In this document: positions 1-13,460 of the stretch, piece after piece | Layout of the letters: every line of letters begins with the position of its first letter | Numbering within the stretch: position 1 is the stretch's first letter | NCBI RefSeq assembly: GCF_033153115.1 | Contig: NW_026889803.1 | Location: forward strand, 558,001-622,000 | DNA: 64,000 nt | Direction of reading: 5' to 3' | Source of the DNA: Saccostrea echinata | Taxonomy: Eukaryota | The notes under the pieces: generated by a model | Database searches by the model: none | What the model saw: the letters and a program-made list of their open reading frames with translations, nothing else | What the model was told of the DNA's origin: nothing | Made by a program: the position numbers and the translations under genes

Positions 1-1269
1 AATAAGGCCAAGTAAAATGAAATTTATGTTAGAAATGTATAGCCAGTAGCAAACATAAGGTTTCAAAAAGAATCACTAAAAATAAAATTTAAAATAAACT
101 GTTCTGCATGCAAGGTGAATGAATTTATTTAATTGAAATACTTTGAAATACAAGAAATCAAAAAATAGCTTTGGTAAAATAAAGAAATTTGTAACACTCG
201 ATTTTATCGATGTCCAGCAATTTATGTGAAATTATTTGAGACTTCTATCACAGAACACTATATACAGTTGTGATAAAACTTTAACTTTGATTTACTATAG
301 TGATAATTTTGAAACTTAGATTTACTCTAGTTAACTGTAGATAAAACAAAGCATTTATTGACTGTCTTCTAGGGCAAAATGCGTTTTGTCAACCCCTCGA
401 CCCAGAACCAAACTGTGTGCCTTCGGCCTCAGACGGACAGTTTGGTACTTGGGTCTGGCAAATCGCATGATGCCCTCGATCCCAGTCAATAAATGTTTAA
501 TGTTTACTAATTCATCGCAATTTTATATCATATTCATATCAATTTATAACTATATGATTTTTATTGATATATATGATTTATTTTATTCCATTTTTAACTT
601 TGACAACATAGAACATGTACATATATTTCAAAATCAAGAACCAATATTTGAAAATACAAGGGTTATAAGGTTTGCTTTAGTAAAATTTTAATTTTTTCAA
701 TGCAAAAAGTAGAAAGTACACAAGTAATATAAAAATTGATCAGAAAGTGATATAAGCATTGTCATTAATTGTATGTCATTTACCATCGTCACCAAATCTG
801 AATTATTCTCTATTAACATAAATAAATTTACTTTCAACACATTTTGGATGTATATTAATTAATTTTCAATGTATGGTAATTAAGGATAATTGTCTATCCT
901 TTGCGGCACCATTTTAGTAACAACAGCAATGTCCAAGCCACCAAGACTTGGCAAATGAAAATACTGTTAATCCAAAGAAATCATCATATGCTTCCCTTCT
1001 CAGGTCTGAGATTTGTCACGTTTACATTTACAACATTTTAAAATCTTTTTCCTATCACGAAAAATTTTTGGACTTCAAACATGGCTTTTTTCTAGTTAAG
1101 TCAATGAAATTGTCCTTCGTGGCATAATTTGATAGCACAGCTTGAAATTTCGTTCCAGTCATTCTTATTTTGATCTTTTCGAAAAGAATACTTTTTTGAT
1201 TAAACTTTACATAAATGGTGTAAAAACTGTAATTTTATACCTTACTAAACATTTCATGTTTTACAACTT

Positions 1270-1685
1270 ATTCGATATTCATGAACATCCTTTGAGTACG
1301 ATTAATGTTTAAACCGGGACAGGTTACTGATAGACAAGTTGATGTTACGTTCTCAGCAATAAAAATCAGCATTTCGTAAATTCTGTGGTCGCTATAATGA
1401 ACGTGTTAGCATATATAACCTAGCACTGGGTCATTCTTTGACTGACATATTTCATACAAATTGTTGTTATTCTAAATTTGACTACGGGATATTCTGTCTA
1501 CCTGATCAATACATAGGGCTCATAAGGGTTGTGGCCGGTCGACAGGGGATGCTTACTCCTCCTAGGAAACTGATCCAACCTCTGTTGTTTCCAGGGGTCC
1601 GTGTTTATGCCTTGTTCAAATATTTGTATTGGTTACAGATTTATTTTAGATCTATCACTGTTATTTTCATTTTTATCTTTTTCAT
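1270..1685 (+). mobile_element. Naiad-type PLE 3' fragment
   Basis: KSAFRKFCGRYN remnant plus the shared 3' UTR motif ccggtcgacaggggatgcttactcctcctagg. Confidence 0.75.
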
Positions 1686-3174
1686 TCATCTTAATTCCTC
1701 TATGCATTAATAAATTAAGCATATATACCTAATAAATATCTTCGAGTTTGACTAATGTTGCATTTTCTGCAAAATTTGACTTAAACGTCGTACAGAACAG
1801 TTGACCACTACTTTCAGTTTGAGGATTTTTCCTATTGATTTTTCTAAATATAAATGAAATGATCTCGCTGTAACCGGAAAAGTTATAATCCGCCAAAAGA
1901 TTTTCCCTAACAAAAAAATTCTATAACTAAAATTAGATACAGTGTCAAAGTTTTTTACTGTAGTAAGTCGACATTTTTCTGTGTAAAGCAAAAAAGTTTT
2001 TCGACCATGAATTTCAAAAACTAGTGGTTTTCTTACATGTTTCCATTTCTTACATGCAAATTTTTTATATCAAGAGGAAGTATTACATGTATATTCAGAT
2101 TTTATTTCTTAATTTTACATCATAAATATTAAATTTTAGAGATATCAAGATTCGGAATCGCAAAAAACTTTCTAGAATTAAGTTTCATAATAAATCAAAG
2201 TATTAAAGTATTTACTATAGTTAACTTTAACCTATTTTTGTTAGATTTGCTCCATTTCAATTGGACGTGGTATACTGGTTGGAAACACAATTGAAATCTG
2301 TTTCTCAATCGACTTTTGATACAAGAAAATAGTGTTGTTCTTAGTGCTTAAAATTAATTTGTCTGTATCACTTCTAATGACTAAAGTTTTTCGTTATATA
2401 TTTTGATACAAATCAACATATATATAAACTTTTTTAATGATTTTTATCAGTCAATTATTTCGTTTTATTTATTAACCCCCCTCCCCCCCCCAAAAAAAAA
2501 AACCTCCAAGACTTTTAACCTTTAGGATGAATCTGTTTTATAGATTAAAGTTTGGGGGAAACGAATAGCATCATTTATTTTCAGCATTTTTAATTAATTA
2601 TTTTTTATTATTAATTTTTTTTTAATTTTAAATTTATCTGTGCGAATGTCCCAGAGGTCTAATGGAGTTATTAATGTTATATATAAGATACACAATTAAA
2701 GACAATTTTAAAATTTGCGATCTATAAATTCTCGCAAAGAAAGGGAAAATCGAATCTTTACAAAAATATACTGTTATACGGTATCCTTAAATTGATAATA
2801 AAGATGAATGAAATTAACATTTATGAAGAGAGAAAAAAAGAGAATGTAAATATAAGCATTGATTTCTCATTTTCTCAAATGATCCTACCGCACTAACGCA
2901 CGATATTCAATTTGCCAGTGTTGTTATACGACCGACGACATACAAAAAAAAAGAACGCAATGTTTAAATGTAGCTCTGTAATATTTAAAAAATTCGGCCA
3001 AATACAGATTAAATGCCAAATTAAAACAAAATAAGAAAATACTGTTTTGAAACGGATAACAGAACTGTAGACAAATCATTTTTTTCTCTTGCAAATTCGT
3101 AACATAGTATTTAAAAATGTATGTCCTAAAAAAGGTATTGTAGAATTTTTTTAATGATTCTAAATAAAGAATTG

Positions 3175-3455
3175 GCCCGTGTAAAATAGGTGGTAAGAGC
3201 GTTTTTGCTCTAGAGTCGCCTATTCGAATCTCACTGCAGGACTTGGAAACCGGTCCTTCGGATGAGACCATCTAAATCGAGATCCCGTACCATAGTTGGT
3301 ACTGGCAGGAAGAAGATCCCTCACGGTTAAAGGCCTAAAGTGCCTAGTACAGGTCTACATTTGCAGCCCTCTACCAGCAATTGGTGGGCTCTCAATAGGA
3401 GTGAGAAATTCTCGAAAGGGACGTAAAACATTACAAACAAACTAATATACAAACA
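3175..3455 (+). mobile_element. tRNA-derived SINE (Deu/Nin-like central domain), degenerate
   Basis: B-box-like ttcgaatc, core gtccttcggatgagacc...aagatccctcac, 3' attctcgaaagggacgtaaaac and an (AAAC)n tail. Confidence 0.75.
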
Positions 3456-4600
3456 AATAGAATAAATCTTAAAATGTGAACATATTACTATTTAAAAATT
3501 CAAGGACTGAATTAATACACTTAGAATCAATCGAGATACCAGAGCATATACATGGAATGAATGACAAAGGTCATAACTTACAAAGCATGAAAACTACATT
3601 ATTAATATATTAATGGTTAAAAATGTATTGGAAGACCCTTAGCAACTTAATTGAAATACATTATTTAAAACAATATTTGAGAAATGCAAATATATTTTGT
3701 TGTATACATAAAATATACATTGAATAATAAAAAACTTATTTCATCTGTCCATCTTAAAATGGCCTCTCCTTAGAGCCAGAATCAAAATAACATGAGAAAG
3801 TTCAGGGAGCATATCGATTAAAGACTTTCGGCCCCTATCAGCCCCTAATGTGATGAGTCTATATTTTAATATTTGGTAAAAGTAGAATATGTTCATTTTA
3901 CAAATTCAACATCAAGCATTTTTTTTTCTAGATGATTGACTTAACAAAAAAACTAATGAGTAATGTATATAGAATTGTAAGTGTAACTGGAAACTTGCAA
4001 AACTTACAAAAATACTTCTCTTTTTTTCTCTCTCTCCTTGCTTCTTAGTATACGAACTCAGGAGTAAGACACCATTAACCAAGGACCTATTGATTCCCCA
4101 AATTCTCTCAAGTAATATTACTATTTCATTTATTCATCAAACTGTGGCTTTCGACCTATATTTGACTCCTATACAGAAGTTCATAGAAGAGTAGAGTTTA
4201 AAACATATATTTGAGCTTTCATGGTTGATATTTTTGCCCAAGGCAAAAAAGGATATGCAAGTCACTATATTGAATTTTTTAGCAGTGATTGCTACAAAAT
4301 CTTCAAAATAGGGAAAATTTAGAAACTGCATTTAGAAACTGCATGGCCATCAACCTACTGACTGCTACTAAAATTGCACAAGGCAGATATTTTCCCCCAA
4401 CTACAAAAATACGACGACGTTGTTGGTGTCCATGTATGAAACACTGTAGATATTGAGTTAATTGCATGATTAAGAATTAAAGTAAAACAATTTTAATATT
4501 GAACTATTTTAATACATTGCAATTATGTTTATAAAACATATTTAAATCCACCCACTCAGGGAGTTTGCCAGTTTTCTGTATAAACTTCTTTATTTAAGAG

Positions 4601-4729
4601 ATGAATTTAATTTTTGAGAATTCATGAGGACATGAACTACGACGCTTCAGCGTTAGCGCTTCATGATAAATATGCAGGCGTGAAGCGTTGTAGTTCATGT
4701 CCTCACGAATTCTCAAAAATTAGATTCAT
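4601..4729. repeat. Long inverted repeat (~49-bp arms, ~31-nt loop), probably the end of a non-autonomous DNA element
   Basis: atgaatttaatttttgagaattcatgaggacatgaactacgacgcttca pairs with tgaagcgttgtagttcatgtcctcacgaattctcaaaaattagattcat (3 mismatches). Confidence 0.8.
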
Positions 4730-6704
4730 ATCATATTTACAATATTTTCCTGATGACTTGCCACATATTTTTGTCATTCAACGATCATTTTTGAAGTAAA
4801 AAAAAGTTTGCACTATTTTTCTGACTTCAAATACATCACAATGGAAAGATTCTTACTCATCCCACGGTAGTTCATAAGAACGTGAACTTTTTCTAATTTG
4901 CAAAAAATATTAGGGAAAAATATTTGGAAATGTAAATATTTTATTGTATCTAAAGCTTCAGTGCGTGACATCGATAACAAAAGTGTCATTCGCCTTGGTT
5001 AAGATTTTAGAATTTTCAGAGTCGTAGATATTTCCATTTTCACAAAACGTGGTGGCTTTTGACCAAACTTTCACCCGCTGATCCTCAAAATGGAGAAAAT
5101 TAAGGCTTTTTTGAAATATATACAAAAACCTATCATAGACATTATTTAAATAAAAGCAAAGACATTGTTGCTCTTATTCAGTTGTAATAGCTAAACAACA
5201 CCTTAAAAAAAGTTAATACTTATTAAGATCCAATTTCAATCATATCACTAATTGTGAAATTTCCATTTTCCCTAGGAAATCTAGCTTGAAAATGTTTAAG
5301 ACCCGACTTCTTGGATTTAAGTCCAAACTAGCCAAAGATATAAATTTTCATCAAAATCCCCAACACTTTATTTCCAGGTCCCTATATTTAATATTTAATC
5401 TTATAAAGTTCTATTCAGCCGTCTTTTAAAGAACACATGATTAGACACTAAATTGTGATAGTTGATTGTCTAACACACCCATGAGTCACGCACTAAACAT
5501 CGGACTAATAGTACATTTAAAAATTTATCGGGATGTAAATACGGGTTGGTACATGATCAAATCTAGCATAAAATGTGTGGGATGTATTATGTCACAGCTA
5601 TTAATGCACATCTGTTGGTACAAAATTTGTCTTTTCCATGCAATTGGAAGTCGATTTTTATAGTAGAGGCCTAGTCTAAGATCGATGTACTAATTGACAA
5701 TAACTTTACATAAATTGTAAATAATAAAGGTCATAATTCTGAAAAATTATCTTTCTTACCGGAAACATCAACTACTCAAGTACTTACCATCTTGTGTACC
5801 TGTATAGTTACACGAAAACAAGCGGAAAGAACCGTAAACAAGAAAATGTAGGGGGCTCTTCCCGAATCATGCTGCTAGAAAACAAAGTTATATCGTTCAT
5901 TTCCCCATCTACTTTATCATCTATTATTCAAAAAAAAAAATATTGTGATTTGTTTTCCTTTTTTGTATAAAAAATATAACTTGTCTAAATGAATGAATAT
6001 AGGTCAACCAACACTTGAACGTAGCATAATTATATTACCATCCAAACATATTTCACATCACTTTGGCTGTACTTTGCACTCCTTGCTATGAATTGTGTAT
6101 TAAACTGTAATACAGCACTCCGTGTAAACATAAGTTTATCATCATGGTCGTCTTATGTCAACCCGAAGCCCGTGCGAAAGCTGCGACAATGCAATATTGA
6201 AAGCCTGTTACCGTTATATTGAATGTTCAATATAAAAATAGCAATTAAAGAAATACATTTGCAATTAAAGAATAAGCTTTCAAAGTATTTAGTGAGTTTA
6301 TTGCTGGTCTATATTCGTGATTATTCCACAGTAAAACATGTCAACGCTTTTTCTTTTTTTCTGTCTTCTAGAAATGTTTCATTCATAAAATTTATCCACC
6401 ATGCTCAGAAGCAATATGTTATAGTAGAATATATGTCGAACATGCAAATACGTAAATGAACCTGATTTAAAGTGAAATAATATATTTGAACAATACATAG
6501 CAAAATATTTCCGTTAGCACAGGATGAACCTACACCATTCAGTCAACTGAATGGTCACTGAAAGGTCTGGAAAGGCCATTGAATGGCAGATCTCTGCCAT
6601 TCAGTCACATTTCAGAAGACTTTCTGTCACTTTCAGTTAACTGAATGGCAGAGTTTCATCATGTGTAGCTCATTAGGTCTGACAAAAAATAAATAGAAAT
6701 TTAC

Positions 6705-7250
6705 ATCTGAACTTTGTGATAAACGTGATGACTTCAGCTTGTCTTAGTCTATTTCCCTCATTTATGTAACAGTTAACCATTATCAGCTGCATATGGAGTT
6801 TATGTCTCCTAGTTGATTCGATACACAAGAGCATTTCTACATATGTACAATTTCGAAAATTGGGCAGGCTATTGATAAATACGTTATTGATACAAGGATA
6901 TCAACAATCTCGTTTAAAGTCAACTTTTAGAAAATTCTTTGGTCGATGCAATGTCCTCCTTTTCAAAAACAATATGTTATTACAAATGTTGACTGACGTT
7001 TTAAATACATATCGCAAGGCCATTATTTTTACACTGAATTGTCTAGTTTTTTTTTTTTTGCTTACCCAATCAAGAAAAGGACTAACAGCGAGTGTGACCG
7101 GTCGACTGAGGATGCGTACTCCTCCATGGTACCTGATAATCCTCTGTCTTAAGAGGACTGTGTTGGCTCTGTTCACATTTTATTGTTTAAATCTGAATTG
7201 TTGAAATGGACTTATGAGCATGATAACCGTTTAATATCTTCACATATCAT
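6705..7250 (+). mobile_element. Naiad-type PLE 3' fragment
   Basis: DKRDDF...QGYQQSRLKSTFRKF remnant and the 3' UTR motif. Confidence 0.8.
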
Positions 7251-7417
7251 TTCTTCGAGATTTTGAATAAGTATTGTCAATTCGCGTTAGAATTTGAAAT
7301 GAAACTACCCACTGATACTGCGGATAACACGTAAAAATACCATTTTTATGTCAGGATCCATGATTCTAAATAACTACAATTCATAAAACGATAGATGCGT
7401 GAACCTTCCGCCTAAAT

Positions 7418-9271
7418 AAGATACAAGATACAAGATACAAGATTTATTAGTCCAATTTGGGCCCCCGGAGGAGCAAAAAAGATTTACAAACATGAAACAA
7501 AGAAGGAGGAAGATCCAAATGATAGAACAAACATGATCTTAAATATAATGAGCAGTGCTTAATTGTATAAATTGATAAATGCATCTACAAGAGATGTATA
7601 CAAGTATACATATTGTAATATAATAATAACATATAGTCAAGTAGCTGGAAAGATACATATATGCATATTAAAGAACAGAAGAGATGATATATTGCCATTC
7701 CTACATGTATATACATCCCCAAATATATTTAATTTTTTCAGTTAAGGTAGATTATCAAGGAATCTAGCAAGTGATCTTAGGATCTCAGGGTCTTCATTAG
7801 TCATGAGCCAAAGAAATTGATTATCATATGATAGGGACTGAAAATTTTTACATTTATTATTACAAATATTTATAAGTTCAAGTCTTTGTACACTAAAATG
7901 AGGACATACAAGGAGAAAATGAATTTCATCCTGAATCTCCTTGAGATCACAAAGGGAACAAAATCGTTCATCTTTAGGTATTTTTTGATATCGTCCAATT
8001 TCAATTTTAAGCCTGTGAGCTGATATTCGTAACCTAGTTATGACTGATCTATGTTGATTGTTTGTTAAAATATCTAGATAGGGTTCAAAACAAAATTTAG
8101 TCTTTAGGCATGTGAAGGTAGATAATTTACCTTCTTTATGCAAATTCCTGTCTTTTTCCCATGTAATTTTATAGAAGTTAAGTAATATTCTTTTCAAGTT
8201 TATTTTAAACCGTGGGAGTGACATACCTAAAACATCACTAAGTTTAATATCAATATGGTTAAGTAAGAAGTTAATACAAGAATACCATGAAGTAACTCCA
8301 TTTTGGTGTAGTGTTTTGGAACATTTATAAGCCTCACTAAGTAAGGGAAATTCCCCATCTAGATTCTCTAATCTATGCCAATATAACAACATATTTTTAA
8401 TGACATCAAAGTGTACATTCAATCGTCCTAGCTCAGATCTTACAGCAAAGTTGCTGCTTTTACTATGAACCACTAATAAATGTTTGTAAAATTTAAGATG
8501 CAAACTTTCGCCTTCTAAAGTTTGGTATATTTTATCTAATGTTATATTTGGATTTCTCTTAAATTTGGAAGTTGATGGGTCAAAAAAAACCCATAACTCT
8601 GAACCGTACAGGATAATGGGTTTAATAGTGTGGTCAAATACATTTAAAGCAGTTTTAACTGATGGATTAAATGTGAGAAAGTCTTTTTGAAGTTTGAAAT
8701 AGGCTTTCTTTGCTTTATTACAACAATCACTTTTAGCGCTAGTTAGTGTTCCAGATGCATTAACTGTCAGACCCAAATACTTGTACTGTTTAACACATTC
8801 GATATTGTTGTTATTCAGATGGAAGGGGATTTTGATGTGCTTGCCAGATGAATTGAAGACTATAATTTTTGTTTTCTGTGTATTAACTTTGAGACACCAG
8901 TCCTTGCAGTATGTATTTAGTATATTGAGTTTTTCTTGTAGACCTTCAGCAGTGGGGGAGAGAAGCACCATGTCATCAGCATACATGAGACAATGAATAG
9001 ATGTAGATGAATCATTGTTTAATTTTACAAAACTTTCAGAATTTGATAGATAATTAGGTAGATCATTAAGGTAAATCTTGAATAAGTTTGGACTTAAGTT
9101 ATCGCCTTGTCTAACCCCATTGTATGTGTGAAAGTGACCAATTAATTTGTTACCCAGTTTAATAGACGAATAGCTTTTAGAATACATTTCCTTAACAACT
9201 GAGTAAAATTTTGTGCTGATACCTGCTTTTAATAGTTTAAGTTTCAAACCAGCATGGTTTATACTATCAAT
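7418..9271 (-). mobile_element. 5'-truncated non-LTR retrotransposon (RTEX/RTE-group-like LINE), young copy
   Basis: Uninterrupted RT ORF, then a ~300-bp 3' UTR, AATAAA (7448-7443) and a (TCTTGTA)n tail (7442-7418). The 5' break falls inside the RT motif (..DSINHAGL). Confidence 0.9.
7742..9270 (-). CDS. LINE ORF2 C-terminal part: reverse transcriptase plus CCHC zinc knuckle (5'-truncated, no true start codon)
   Basis: Motifs GVRQGDNLSP, LMYADD, YKYLG, IKPIILYGSELW and RLRISAHRLKIEIGRY...CSLC...DEIHFLLVC. Confidence 0.88.
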
Positions 9272-9629
9272 ATAATATATATCAATAATTAAATATAACT
9301 ACATGTAGTGTGCAAAATATTTGTTTACAGTCCTTCCGGTAACTCAATTTCATACCGACATTAAAAAAATAAGAAACCCGGTACGGAACATTACACATGT
9401 GATAAGTTTGGACAATTTACTTCCATCAAATTTATCAGAGGTGGGGTATCAAATAATATTGCAACCGATACAAAATTAACATGTAGGGTATTTTGTTAAA
9501 AAATAAAATTTTGATCCTGGGACATTATTATATATTTTTTTAATTTCTTGTTTATATACTAATACCACAAAAAGTATGTGGAATACTTTTTCGATAAGAA
9601 TTGTGAAATATTCCCATGATTAACTCTGA

Positions 9630-10430
9630 TGAATAATTTATTTGTTTATACATTCCTATACATTCCTATGAAGCAGAATTTATTCAAAAACTTCTACCCG
9701 AGAAGAAGAAAACACTTACTGTGGTGCTCAATTCGACATTCAGATGTATCGACGACGTTTCTATCACTTCACAATAGTTACTTTCATTCATATGTCGATT
9801 CGATATATATCAATAAACTCGAAATAAAAGCTACCAAAAAGTCATATCTGTTTCATATTTCGATGTTTTACTGACTATAGACGATAAGTTCCAAGTAACA
9901 ATTAAATTGCTCGACAAACGAGATTTCAGCTTTTCTATCATCAACTTTCCTTATTTGTGTAGTAATATCCCGCTATCACCTGCAAAAGATGTTTACGTCT
10001 CCCAACTTATTCGATACTCAAGAACATGCTCCAAGTGTGATCAAGATTTTGAACAAAAGCAGGCTACTGACAGATAGTTGACGTTACAGGGATTTCATCA
10101 ACCTTGTTTAAAGTCAGCATTTCGTAAATTCTATGGTCGATACAATGATCTTGTTATCAAATATAACCTATTATCGTGTCATGTTTTTTATTTTTGATGT
10201 GTTTCATACCAATTGTTAGGTGTTTGTTTTGATACAAAATGTAACTACGGAGTACTCCGTCTTATTGATCAATCCATAGGACTTTCGGCCGTTGTGACCG
10301 GTCGACAGAGCATGCTTACTCCTCCTATGCACAAGTTTTCACCTCTGGAATTTCCGAGGGTCTGTATTTACAGATTTGTATGGTTTGTAGATTTTGTTAG
10401 GTCGATCACTGTTCATTATCTTTAATTTTT
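9630..10430 (+). mobile_element. Naiad-type PLE 3' fragment
   Basis: YEAEFIQK, FRCIDDV, YFHSYVDSIY and SAFRKFYGRYNDLV remnants plus the 3' UTR motif. Confidence 0.8.
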
Positions 10431-12279
10431 TTTTCATTTAATGCGATATTAGTTCAGAATCTGTGAGATTTTGACAGTTTGGAGATTTAGTTTTAAATTT
10501 TTGTTGACAAATGACTTCTTAGTTAATGAGAAAATAAATTATTGTATTATAAACATTATAAAGTTCTTTATTAATTGAACATCAGAAACTTTGATTGTGA
10601 TTGTAATCCTGTAAACATCTTTATTCTCTTACAGAAGAATTGAGAACGAAATTAACACGTTTCACTTTGAGAACATTTGGTTCATAATCATGTAAACCTC
10701 TATATTTTCTTAAAATAAAATAAAGATTGAAATAAAAGTGGCTTCCAGTGAACAAGTCTGATTTTGAGAATATTTGGTTCATACACCTTATTGATTTTGA
10801 TTCAAGATGGTCATACCTTTTTTCAGGATTGTTTGCAAAGAGTGATTAGTTATCGACGACAAGCTTTTGAAATTGTAGAGTGCAAAAGCAGCCCATAATC
10901 ATGAAAATAGAAAATTGTAGTCAACCTTCATATATATCTTGGAAATAAAAAAGAAGAGATTTTTTGAAACTATAACGATAAAGGGGGTGGAAGATAACAA
11001 TGTAGTTTGTATATTTTTGTGGATTCTTTGGTAAAAGAAAAGAAATAAATACAAGGGAAACATAATAACAATTAATAATTTTCACTCATCTCAAGTCAAG
11101 TTCTCATTCCAGGATTAATCTTTCCGAAACAAATGTGAGCAAGAAACAGTTCATTTACTTAAGACGCCATGTATCAAATCAAACAAGTTTCAAATTTTGC
11201 AAGCAGATTTAAAGAAAAATCAAGGTTTTGGAATAAAGTCTTGAATATTGGAGTTACTTGGACGCAATTCATTCTACGATAATGATACTGAACAACAATT
11301 TCTGCTTACAATAGCTGAATCTTTAAAAAGATTTGGGCATGATTTGCTTCATGGATAGTATAGTGTAACAAGAGGACAGTGGCATGTACTTGTAAATTAA
11401 AAGAAAATCACAAAAACCATTCATGCAACAGATTTTCTTTTGTTTACATAACGTACAGTGTAAGATGAGAGTAAATATCAAAGTTTATATTTAAATACAA
11501 GTACATTGTTGGGCTTTGTCTATTGTTCTATGAAAAATTGATTACATTACTCAAAGCTCATTTGAATATATTATTTAAAAATTTCAGTTCTTCACTTATA
11601 CTATTTGATTTGGATTATAATTCTTTCCATTCTGGCAACATGAAAAAGACAGCAGTCTCTAACATGTTTACTGGGTAAAACAGTATCAAATATGTTTTTA
11701 CATGATTTATAATTTAGTTTTCATTGCATTGCCATCTTTGCCTAGTGCTTTTCATTTTGTAAAAAAAAACAAAAACCTGTGCATTAAACCGTGTATTCTT
11801 TTCAAGAATAGACAGTTAGTTTTACTAACTGACTGTGCACCTTCAGGTAACATTGGATTGTTTACAGATTCAAAATAAATTAAGCTTATTAAATTATGAG
11901 AAACACAAAAGAGAAGGACACTTTCATGGTTTAAGTCCTCGTGAATGACCAACGAAGCAGAAAATTTAAATACACATTACTATATAAAGCACTGTTAACA
12001 AAAAGACATTGTTCCAACATGAAATTATCTTTACTTCTCTCAAAGATCACCAGACCTGAAACATATACCTTTTTATATGTTAATAATGTAAGAAACAGAA
12101 GAAAAAAGATTGATGGTTCCAAAGAACAATTAAACTGAGATATTATATTGATACAGTTAAATACAAATATTAGAATTCATTATATAGGTGACCTGCGTAA
12201 ATAAAAGTTACTTTTAACACACATGTCCTATAAAATGAAAGCATTGTATATTGTTAATCGTATTTTTTTTTCAAACTTT

Positions 12280-13460
12280 TTCGATGCTCAAGAGCATGCT
12301 CCGCGTACGATCAATTTTTAAGCCAAAGTAGGCCACAGATAAGTTAATGTTTCAGAGATTTCAACAACCTCGTTTAAAGTCAGCATTTCGTAAATTCTAT
12401 GTTCGTTATAATGGCCTTATTAGCAAATAAAACATATCATTGCATCGTGATTTGGCGAACGTGTTTCATACCAGGAGTTAGGCCTTTGTTTTTATACTGA
12501 ATTTGACCACGGAATATTAAGTCTACCCAATCAATACATAGGTACATAGGACTCTTTGAGAGTGTGACCGGTCATCAGGGGTTGCTTACTCCTCTTAGGC
12601 ATCTAATCCCATCACTGAAATTTCCAGGGGTCCTGTTTTATGCCCTCTTCACAGATTTGTATTGTTTATAGATTTTTTTGAGATCGCTCACTGTTCGTTG
12701 TCTTCGCCCATTTCAAATGTATACACCTATAAGAATTTTTTCCCGTTATATTGCAATCAGCTTTAAGCGACAGATTTGTGGTATTACTGACAAGAATGAA
12801 AAAAAGTGATAACGAATTATGATCAATCTCATAAACAATACAAATGGCGAAAAGGACAAGAACACTGACCTCTGGAGACACCAGAGGTGTAACAGGTGCC
12901 TAGGAGGACTGAGCATCCCTCACCCGCGGTTAGCCCCCTGTATTGATCAGGTGAAATGAATGTAGTCAGAATTAATATAAAACAATAGCATAACATTTGG
13001 TATGAAATATGTCAGTCAAACTACGACCCAGGGAAAGGTTATATTTGCAAATAAGGTCAATATAACGACATTAGGATTTCCGAAATGCTGTCTTTAAACA
13101 AGATTGTAGAAAACTTTGCAACCTCAACTTATTTCTCGGTTGCCTGCCTCGGTTTATTATTAATCGTATTCAGAGCATGCTCTTGTATACTGAATTATTT
13201 GGCAGACACAAAAACCAACTGTAGGTGAACAGCAAAGAAGGACGGTAGTTCTACTATGGAAAATTGTGGTCGTCCAGGTTGTCATTACATTTAGTAGTTA
13301 GCTTTTCATCAACGTCTAAACTCAGAAAGTCAGAAAAAAAACACTTAATATATGTAAAATATGTGGCAGACTCTGTTGAGTTTTTATTTTTGAGTTCATT
13401 GGGATACACCGATTTGATATATAAATGAACGTAACTATTGTTTATTGATAAACCGTCGTT
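12280..13460. mobile_element. Two Naiad-type PLE 3' fragments, tail-to-tail (+ 12280-12715; - 12800-13460)
   Basis: 3' UTR motif on + at ~12560-12640 and on - at ~12860-12940; RT C-terminal remnants flank each copy. Confidence 0.75.

Noticed and set aside
10620-11400. Coding-looking stretch (e.g. ELLGRNSFYDNDTEQQFLLTIAESLKRFGHDLLHG)
   Set aside because: Many stops and no recognisable domain or consistent exon structure; it could be an old pseudogene but cannot be supported.
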